DNA of 62,461 nucleotides, counting the filler, from Rhabdomonas costata (taxonomy: Eukaryota): assembly GCA_019059605.1 (NCBI GenBank). It is 29 parts of 29 records of this genome, joined end to end, with 100 filler letters (N's around TTAATTAATTAA, not from the genome) between each part and the next. Parts side by side here need not be neighbours in the genome. Positions count along the whole stretch, not along the records: positions 49,633 to 51,683 come from JAHMHO010006028.1; positions 51,784 to 53,839 come from JAHMHO010006029.1; positions 53,940 to 55,995 come from JAHMHO010006030.1; positions 56,096 to 58,149 come from JAHMHO010006031.1; positions 58,250 to 60,305 come from JAHMHO010006032.1; 24 more parts are not named here. The stretch is one strand, 5' to 3'. Positions 49,741-59,469 of this stretch are shown in pieces. The notes beneath the pieces were generated by a model. It was not told the DNA's origin, did not search any database, and worked only from the letters and a program-made list of their open reading frames with translations. Numbering within the stretch: position 1 is the first letter of the stretch; the number at the start of each line of letters is the position of its first letter. The translations under genes were made by a program, and so were the position numbers.

Positions 49741-50686
49741 GGTTTGCGTCGATGTGTGAGACCGCGCTACCGGATCACCTGGTAAGGTTGACTACGGAGT
49801 ACTTCCAGGCGATGTGCCGTGAGATCGCCTCTACTGGGGGAGTTCTGGACAAGGTACCCTTGCTTGCGGCCCATCCGCCCCAGTTCGATGCTGTATCCGT
49901 TGAATGTAAGTATGTCGCCGTGCACTTTTTTCGCCGCCTCCCTACTCCCACCTCCTCCCCTTCCCCGCCTGAGAAATAGAAAAGGGAGAGGTGAGATGGA
50001 AGTAGAAGGGTGAAAGTGTTTCGCTGCCCCAGCTTCGGCTGGCGGGACTAAGGGCGATCCTTTTTTTGGCCCCCGTGGCCTCTTGCCAATGCAAGTGTGT
50101 ATGTGTTGGCAATATCCCAAAGCCTCACTTCTTTCGGGTGTACGTCTACGTATCTGTGAAGTCAAAGCAGTTCCTCCCTCTCAAGTACAGCTTAGCGTTG
50201 TGGGTCGGGAGGGGGGTGGGTGTTGCTAAAGCTCTTTATTGGGATTGAGACCCAAAGGTTCGAACCGAAGTTTGGCGATGCTCGCTTCGTTTCGGATTTA
50301 GTTTCTGTGCAGTCGTTGACAGGCTCTGTAACGCTTGGGACGCTTCTTTCACAACGCACCCCCTTCACTAGCCCAATGCTTGTGATGATGATGACTTAAT
50401 CGGTAGCATTCCAAAGCCTTCCTCTTGGCTGAATTTGCGGTTGCCCTTATCCCCGAAGCCTCACTCCTTTCGGGTGTACGTCCACACATTTGCGGAGGAA
50501 TGGGCGGGTGCGGGTGCGGGTGCGGGTACGGGCGCAGCTGATTGGGGATTGTGTGATGGCACTGTGGGGGGTGCCGGCGCGGCTGCCGGGGCACCCCACC
50601 GCAGCGTGCCGCGCGTCGCTGCAGATGCAGGCCACCCTGGTCACCCTGAACCAAAGCTGGGCCACCGAGGGCATCCCCCAAGTCAG
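49741..50686 (+). CDS. Class III adenylate/guanylate cyclase catalytic domain (exons 49741-49853 and 50538-50686)
   Basis: GFASMCE...LVRLTTEYFQAM..I..TGGVLDK|LIGDCVMALWGVP...HPTAACRASLQMQ..L..LNQSW. The Lys before IGD suggests ATP specificity. Confidence 0.92.
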
Positions 50687-52236
50687 GTACCTGCTTCCCC
50701 GCTCCTCTGTGAAGATGTTACCTTTCCTGTCTTCATCGCAAGCTTCGCTACTGACAAGACTTCGGCATACTCCTGCTGGCTGACGAAGCTCATATCTCAC
50801 CCAGGCCTTTGCCAGTCCCCAAGTTTCACCGGGGGGAGTTCTATTATTTTTCGGGGCCCAGTGATGCCCTCACTCACTATCATGCTCCTCGAGCAAGGCC
50901 AGCGTGTAAACCATGGAAATGGATTCGAGCCGAGCCGTACGGATGGGAGCCTAGCCGAACCGTGTGTTACTACCGTTCACTCTACTCAGCAGTTGTTTGT
51001 GCCGAAGTTGTTTGTGCGAGTGCCCTGTTTTCTGTGGTTCTGTACGTTTCCAGGTTTTCCCGATGCATGCACCACGCTGTGAATTCAACCAAAATCACGC
51101 ATACCTTTTCGCGTGGCGTTGTTTTTGCTTTTCTCCACCAAATCCTCTTTGCGTATGTGTGTGCCTGTAATATACTTAATGTAATCGGTTGGTCAGTGAC
51201 CTCTCAGTTACTTTTGTGGTTTTACCTTTCTGTGAATTTTAGGGCTTTCTCGTCCCATTCTTACACCCCTGAACGGTGCCACGGCTGATGCTTCCCGCAA
51301 CGGGAAAAATTGGACCTGAGGATTCCACGCAGAAGTAGTGACGCAGAAACGCTTCCGTGAAAAGGCTCAGACGAGCTCAGAGAACCCTTTTCAACTCTTG
51401 GCCGTGGTTTAATGCGCCATAGAGGTTTTCGGGACCTTCTTCTGGAACTAGAGGGGTCATTCGCATCCCGAAAAACTCTCTCCTTCGCTCTCCTTCTCGT
51501 GTGTGTGTGTGTGTGTTGCTTTTCTGTCTTTACATCGCACAAACATACACAAACACGAACAAACAGACACAACTGTCCCTAAGTCAAAGAATAAAACAGG
51601 AAGCTGCAAGCGAATTAAAAACCCAGGAGGGAGTGTTTGAGCTGTGCGTGGTTCGCCTGTCTGCAATATTCCATACAAAAACCNNNNNNNNNNNNNNNNN
51701 NNNNNNNNNNNNNNNNNNNNNNNNNNNTTAATTAATTAANNNNNNNNNNNNNNNNNNNNNNNNNNNNNNNNNNNNNNNNNNNNATTGGTTTTGGGCGCTA
51801 AATCTGCGTTGCGGCTTCTTTTACCTTTTCTCTGCTATTCCTCAGAATCTTTTCCGCAAAAATGGTGCACTTCAGATGCGCTTTATATGGTTAGCTTTCC
51901 GGGCGAGTTGTCCGTATTTTTTGGGGGGGATTCTGCTGCACCCAGTGAGAGACTGATTCCCAAAGCAACTGAAGAAAAAGGTCGGAGCCCGCATCTCCAT
52001 CCGCCAACATCACCGTTCCCCTGACTGTGGGTTCAGGGAAGTCTTTGTAATCTGCTGCTTCTTTTGTACCGGGGCCCACCGCCGGTTTTCTGTTCTTTTT
52101 CCCCTTGTGGGGTTTTTCGATGCTGTCGTGAAGGCGCCATTTTAGAAACAATAGATATAATAAGGAAGTCAATTAGCAGAAGAAAGGCAGTTAGACCCCT
52201 TTTTTTGCCCGCATGATTCCTTGCAAATAATCGCAG

Positions 52237-53513
52237 GTCGCCTCGTGACTCCCGCGTTTCTTCTCACTGTGAAGTCTTCCCCTGGAGAACAGGCTCCTCC
52301 TGCCTCACTCCCGCCCTGCACCTGCAGAGACCCACCGGGGCGGTGGATTCTTCCCACCGCCAACTTCTCCTCATCCCTGCCGAGAGCGCTGCCCAAGCTC
52401 TGCCCTGCGCTTAGCTTTAGCAATGCCTCGGCTTTGCCTCCTCAGGAGGCGGTGATGCAGTGTGGGTACCGGTGGCAGGGGATGGGGTGCGCTCTTCCCC
52501 GGTACACCCCGAGCTCCGCGGCCGCGGTGCTGACCCGGGGCTTGGGGGCCAGCACCGTGTGCTTCGCTGGGGACTCACTGGTCGAGGGCCTGGCAAAGGT
52601 CTCTGTGTGCATATTTCTCTTTCGCCTCGCCGTACTCCTGAATCACCTCACTTCCTTCACCCCACAAGTCGTACGCCTCATCTCAGAACCCGCAGAACTC
52701 GACTGATTCTCCGAATTCAAGGGAGGCGATCTCCCCAAAAAGCCGAATTCATTCAAACCGAAGAAGTGCGTCAGTGGCAGATGGTTGTGTGCCTTGCTAG
52801 CGATGGCGACCCAACCACTCTGGCGAGGGATCGAAGCACCAGTCACTCTGCGGCGCGAGAGATCAGGCAGAAAGAAGTCAGCTTTGCTCTGTGTTGTCTT
52901 ATCCTCCTGCGTACCTGTGTATCTGGTGCGCTTTCTTTTTAGGAATCAACTTTCCAGTAGTTGGGATTTTTTTTTTTTTTACGGAAATGATGATAGCCTC
53001 CGAACTGCAGGATGCACTGATTAAATGACAGAGCTTCAAATAATAGAATACTCACTCGCTCTCATACGCAACAGTAGGGTGATCGTGTGGAGGTGTGGAG
53101 ATGATCGTGTGGAGTATTGTGTGCGGACGTGTTGAGGTGTGTACTTGGTCTGTGGCTTTCACCGTGTTTGTGTTGTTTACACTTCCTTCGACGTCCTGTC
53201 AGGTTGGCTCCAGCGCCTGTGTCCGTTCACTGATCGTGGGTTTACACTTGGTATTCGAATTCAACTCGCAAGTCTTGGTTGCTACTCCCCTCCCTCTATG
53301 ACTTTGCAGTACTCCCGGTCCTTCTTGGGGAACCACTTTGGGGGCTACCGCAAGTGCCACAGCCTGTGTCAGAAGCCCGCGAAGCTCCGGACCATCCTGG
53401 GTGGCTTCCTGCGGAACTGCCGCCACGCCAGCTGCGTTCTTGTGGTGGGGACGGGGATCCATGACGTAATTGGGATGAGGCTGAAGAGTTTCGCCTCGTG
53501 CCTGCAGCAGATG
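52237..53513 (+). CDS. SGNH/PC-esterase-like protein (TBL/CASD1/NXPE-type), exons ~52237-52598 and 53310-53513
   Basis: YRWQGMGCALPRY...TVCFAGDSL carries the nucleophile GDS, and VLVVGTGIHD matches block III. Confidence 0.7.
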
Positions 53514-54244
53514 GTGTGAGGGGATGGTCGCCTCCTTGGCACGTTTGTCTGAATCTTTTCGCGGCGCCATCCCCGTTAGCAACTGTGGAAGACGGATCTT
53601 GCAAAGTTGTGAGCTGGACGAAGGTGCCCGGGCTGGAATGTTTTCGCTGGGTTTCTCATCATTGCGTGGAATTCTCAGATGAGATGCCCGAATCCAGTTT
53701 TTTCGTGCCCACGTCAAAAATGACAGCTTTGCCCAGCGTCCAGGGTATAAGTTTTAAAGCGGGTTGGAGCCGCGCTAGACGTTTAGCACGTGTCTAAGGG
53801 ACATCGCGCACCAGGCCTCACAACCAGCAGCTCATGCGTNNNNNNNNNNNNNNNNNNNNNNNNNNNNNNNNNNNNNNNNNNNNTTAATTAATTAANNNNN
53901 NNNNNNNNNNNNNNNNNNNNNNNNNNNNNNNNNNNNNNNGTTGGTTAGTTCAGGGCAGGAGTTTGGGGGAACACTCCTGGTGTTGGGTAAGGGTCTCGTG
54001 GGCTTCCAGGTGGAATCTTTTGAACCTGAGTGTGAATCTGGAGCAGTGGAGACTGAGATGATGGTGAGTGGTTCATAGATTTGGCCGGCTCCTTCGTTTT
54101 TAATGAATAGGGTTGCGTGGAGTCTTCGTAATCTTCGGCGCTGCTGTGTGCATGTCGGCTGCAATGGGCATTCAATGGCGCTTATAGATGGTTCATAGAG
54201 TGTGGTTCGCCCCATTATTTCTGCTATATGGCAGTGTGATTCAG

Positions 54245-55800
54245 ACGCGAGTGAGTGGGCTCTGGGCTTCAGATGGGGCAGAGCCAGCGGCTGGGGCTGC
54301 TGTCGGCACGGGCGTGGGAGCGCGAGGCGGTTGTTCTGGAGAGACTGATCCGAGAGGCCCCTGTGACCCACCCCAACTCCGCCACAAGCCACTCGGCAGA
54401 TCTGGCCAAGGTCTGCTTCTCGTGCTGCCTTCGTTTATCAATAATACGCGCAACGCGCATGCAGGATTGGTTCTGCACATCGAAATGAATGGCCCATTCC
54501 CATCTGTTTTTGAGTCTGGTAACTTCAGGGCGGTAGTCTCTGAATTTCCGGGCGCGACAGAATGTCGTACTTCGCTGAATCGTACGTATTTTGCAGAGAC
54601 ATGCACGCAGCTTTCGATTCCAACAGAGGTTTGAGAATAATTTTGGAGGTGTTGTGTGTGCAACGGTCGCTTCGCATGTTTGTGCACAGCGGGGGGATTT
54701 TCTTATTGTCTTACTATCGTTTGATCGCACTATCCGATCGCTGTGGTGTGCGACATAGCCCGAGGACCGTCGTAGTGCGGCCGTGGGTGCGCTGCTCCAC
54801 CCAATGGAGGCCGTCTCTGAGCATCTCTGCCGGGAAGAGTACCTTAGTGGGATGCAGGCCCTTGCCCAGGCCGCAGAGTACGTGCCATCGACCCCACCCG
54901 CAATTTTCAGCTTCCATTGCCTTCAGCCTCCTGCGCGTTTGGAGTGGAAGGCGGCATTGCACGTTCACTATGACCAGACCTGAGAGTTGGGGGGTTGGAG
55001 ACTCGTGAATCTGCGCATCTTGGAATTCCGTAAATATTGCTCCCGTTTGTTCCTGTGGTTGACTTTTTTGAATTTTCTTGTCACCTTTAGAGCAATATGG
55101 ATGAAATTTGGGCAGCAATTTGGGGTTTACGGTCCCGTTTCAGTTGAACGTGAGGGTTGTCCGTTGCCGAGACCTCCGGGTCATATCTTCACCCACCAAA
55201 GGGTCCTTGGGCTTCACCTCATGGGCCGACACTCTGTACCGCATTTAGCTTCTCTGGCACGCACTGTGACGTCACACGGAAGGGTTCACCACAAAAATAT
55301 GCCTTTCATCGGCGTGCCTTGCTCAAAGCGGGGCAGCATTTGCGTGGAAGTAGCGCCTGATGAGGATTCCAGCCGCCGCTTTGCAAGCTCGGAGCTCGGG
55401 TGTGTCGTCAAACGGGTTTCCAGCGGCGTTGAGGCTGACATTGGCCAACAACAGCTCATCAACAACGGAATGGACGCAGAACGCGGCGAATTGGAGGAAG
55501 AAATCACTTGCCCCAGTGTGATGTGTGCCGTGGGTTTTCAGGCCTGTGGCCCGGGCGGAGCTTCTGCGGACTGTGCTGCAGGAGTACCGCTCTCGGGCGA
55601 TTGGTCCCTACTCCTCAGCCTTTGAGCAGCTGCTTGTTCTGCAGCAGCACCTGCTGCTGCGATCTTCTTCAACTGGAGGCGGGCTGAGCCCCTCCACGGC
55701 CGACACTCCGACAGGGACCGCTGCGACGGCGAGGGAGTCTTCTACGGAGCATAGCGGCACTGCTGCGGAAAGCAGCCCTGGCGCGGCGACCCCTGTGACG
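54245..55800 (+). CDS. Probable exons of an unknown helical protein (~54245-54410, ~54760-54880, ~55542-55800)
   Basis: GC-rich open stretches next to AG/GT sites. Family unrecognised and boundaries uncertain. Confidence 0.4.
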
Positions 55801-56221
55801 TATACACACATATGCACGCACATGTCAAACGTACGGCGGCTCCTCCCCCGTGAGCACCCGTGTTCAGCAGGGTTTGTAGAATTAACTGCAGGCATTCAGG
55901 CACAACAGTGACGCAGTAGCAGCAGCAGCGCACTTTGTGCCTCAAAAAACACACACGCACACACACACACAATGCGCCCAACACACACACACACCNNNNN
56001 NNNNNNNNNNNNNNNNNNNNNNNNNNNNNNNNNNNNNNNTTAATTAATTAANNNNNNNNNNNNNNNNNNNNNNNNNNNNNNNNNNNNNNNNNNNNGGGAC
56101 AGGCTGTTCATCGTGTTCGGAGAGGAGGGGTAGGGAAGACGGGGAGGTGGTGGTACGGGAGGTGCAATAATAATAAGGGGACGAAAAAGGAAGGACGGTT
56201 GTGAAGAAGAACGGGCTTCAG

Positions 56222-57523
56222 GCCACTGTGGACATGCTGTGGAACCGCTACTCTGGCCTGAAGCCCGTTCTTCTTCTCAGCCTCTTCTGGAGCTGCCAGG
56301 TGGGTTGGGTTTCCTTCACACCATAATCATCTGCGGATCCTCTCAGTGCAATACGTGCCAACTCATGAGTTCAAATGATCGTCCCTGAAGTGGGAGTCGG
56401 CACTTCCTCCTCCCGCAATAAAGAACTGGCGACGCACCAAGTCTGCGGGTGATTTCGAGCCCTCTCCGCGATATTTTTTTTCCGGTTTTTTCAACACTGG
56501 CACCCCGTTTGTTGGGGCATGTATAGTTGCATGGAGTGTTTCTTGATTCTCTGTACTTTCATCTTTTTCAGATTTCAACTGAAAAATTGAAAAAATTCTT
56601 GAAAATTTTGGAATCTGGAATTCGGATTTCGAGCTAGAATTTTTCCATGAAGTTTTCTCCTTCTCTCTTCTCTTCTCTCTTCTTATTTCTTGTCTTTTTA
56701 TTTAGGTGTGGAAGAACATCGTGCACGTGGCCGTGGCAGGTACCGTGGCGACGTGGTACTTCCTGTGCAACAACATGCCTGCGTGGCCCACTGCGGGTGC
56801 GGTGCGCCGCGCCACCACCACCAGCCTAGGTAGCATCTGCCTGGGCTCCTTGTTTGTCTCCCTGGTGCAGCTCACCCGGGCCGCGGTCCAATCAATGGTG
56901 GCTCACCCTCACCCCCTTGCCTGTGTGTGCGTAAGGATCCAAAAAGGTTCAGAAGTCCCGTGCTCTGGCGAAGAGCGCCACGGTTGGGCTCTCCGTGGTC
57001 AGAAGAAGATGACATGAGAATCCTAGACAGAAGACTCAAATAGATTCCTCCCAGTCATAAGCAGACTGGACGAGCACAGAGGGTTGGAACTCCCTAAAGC
57101 CGCGGTTTAATGCTCCATTGAGGTTTCCCAAGAACAACCGTCCAGCCCGTGAAGAGCTCACACGCGAACGTGGCCAGACAAAGAGAACCGCCGTTGAAGA
57201 GCACATTTGCCGGTGCACCGGATAATGACATGTGCAGAAAGCAAGCTGAAACGCACTGCTTGATCCTCTCGTTGTTGGCTGTTGGAGAGTGGATGCCAGG
57301 TGTTGAAGCCTCGGAACACATTTCAATTTTGTAGAATTTACTTTTATAAAGAGGAAGAAGACGTTACCTTAGTTCCGGAGGGGGGGGGTGAGGGGTCGCT
57401 CTAAATTCTCTTTTTTTTCTCCAGAGGGGCAGCCGTAACAGCTTCGTGGCGATGTGCCTGGATTGCTTGCTGGGCTTTGTGGACTCCCTGATGCAGTACT
57501 TTAATGAGTACGCCTACTGCCAG
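56222..57523 (+). CDS. Choline-transporter-like protein (CTL/SLC44/PNS1), exons 56222-56299, 56706-56897, 57425-57523
   Basis: LLLSLFWSCQ|VWKNIVHVAVAGTVATWYF...RRATTTSLGSICLGSL...CLDCLLGFVDSLMQYFNEYAYCQ. Confidence 0.93.
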
Positions 57524-58346
57524 GTACCTTTGCCTTTGCTTTGTCATCTTCGACCCTCAGGATCTTCCAGATTGAGGCCGGGATGGGAATGTGCAGCAAG
57601 CTGGCGTCATCCGCGACAACCGTGTTTTCACAGCGGCGAAGATGGCACAGGACTGCTTCACATTTATCTGCAGCCTCTGAAAAAATAAGGCAAGCACCAC
57701 GAAAAAGCCTATTGCGAACGTTTTTGACGTATTTTTTTTTTACAATAATTAGTGTGACAGGTGCTCAGCAGAGAGCGGAAAAATACAAAGCACAGAGTGG
57801 GCAAGCAAACGATGTACAGAAAGGAAGCAATGAAGTACTGAGGCAAATGAAAACACCCCACGTCTGACAACAGAGCTAGAGGACCCTCCGTGCGAGCACC
57901 CAGGCTGCGCGCGTCCAGGTTAGGGGCAGCTTATCTTTTCTTTTCTTTCCATCATCGCTCTCCTTCACGGGTGTGTTTATTTTCTGTCTTTACATCGCAC
58001 ACACACCATACACAAACACGAACAAACAGACACAACTGTCCCTAAGTCAAAGAAAAAAGGCTACAACGCTGCCAACTCACAGAGGACGAGCGAATAGCAA
58101 ACACGAGAGCAAAATCACATATTGGGAGACGGGCTAAAAACAAAACCCCNNNNNNNNNNNNNNNNNNNNNNNNNNNNNNNNNNNNNNNNNNNNTTAATTA
58201 ATTAANNNNNNNNNNNNNNNNNNNNNNNNNNNNNNNNNNNNNNNNNNNNTCGTTTTAACAATATAACGCCGTTTGAATTTAACGGCGAAGCGTTCCCACC
58301 CGTGACTTGAAGGAGCGAAGAGGAGTGTCCTTTTTGGTATTTCCAG

Positions 58347-59469
58347 GAACAGCTTGATCTGCGGTGCCAGCAGCGCAATGCACTGAAGGCGGGGATCTGC
58401 GCCGTGCGGGAAGACCTCTACCAGCAGTGCTTTGGTATCTTTTGGAGTGTTGAATTCATGTCCGCCTCCCCCTTCCTGTAAGTCAATGTACTTCAAAGTA
58501 GGGTTAAGAATGCCTCTCCGACTCTGTTTCCCTTCTCGCTCCTGCTTTGGTGCTTTGGTGTTCCCCTAGATGAGGTTATTCGACAGTCGACGATGACCTG
58601 CGCGGAGCGAGGCGTGCTTCTGGCACGAATCCGTGACGAGCTTCAGATGAGCATTGAGGCGTACAAGACAATGTTTGAGGCGGCGTGCCAGCTCAGCATG
58701 AGACAGAGCCTCCTGCTGCAGAGCAAGCTGGCCCTTATCCCGCAGGTCGCTGTTCCCTCCAACACGTAAACCCATACCTGTTTGCGGATTTAGGTCAGGT
58801 GGCTTTTTTCGGTCAGCTTTACGGTTGTCTGAGTTTCTGTAAATGTCTCAGTCAGTGAGTCGCTGAAAGGTATGTCTTCAACTTGAAAAGCGATGATTGG
58901 GTATGATGGGTATGTAGTTGTAAAGTGAGTGGGTAGTTTTCCTTTTTATCCTTCAGCTGCGCCAAATGGACGAGGAGACCGCGATGGCGGAGAGACAGGT
59001 GAACGAGCTGAGGGCGAAACACGAGGCCATCGAGAAGAGGGAGGTTTGTAGGCCTGATTGAGATTGAGTAGGCAAGCGGATAAAGAGGGGGGCATGGTAA
59101 AATGTACCGACCGCGCCCAGCGTGCCTCCAACACCTTTATAATCACACAACCCTAAAACGAAAATTGAACAGGATTTTTTATTTCGATCCTTTTGAAATG
59201 CAAAAAGCTTATGCATTTGTCGTTTGTTCTGTTCATGGTGACGGTCCTGGTGGGACAAAACATGAAGGGTACCCAACTGCCTGTGATATTCAGTCGCCAG
59301 TGGCTTTTCGGCCTCTGAACGAGAGCAGAAGCAGAAGCAGAAGATATGTTCCGGTGGTGCTCAGGTGGAGCGGAGGCAGGCTGATGAGATGAAGCACCGG
59401 GAGGAGGTCAACTTCTTGAAGAAGGCCAACCTTCAGCTCACCAACGAAATCAAGCGGTACATGTCGTAG
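58347..59469 (+). CDS. Axonemal inner-arm dynein light chain p28/DNALI1-family protein, last four exons (58347-58434, 58570-58745, 58957-59043, 59365-59469)
   Basis: GICAVREDLYQQCF|DEVIRQSTMTCAERGVLLARIRDE...KHREEVNFLKKANLQL. All junctions are in phase. Confidence 0.93.

Noticed and set aside
50115-50495. Direct repeat of about 40 bp inside the cyclase intron, as a possible solo-LTR pair
   Set aside because: No TG...CA termini, PBS or target duplication is visible.
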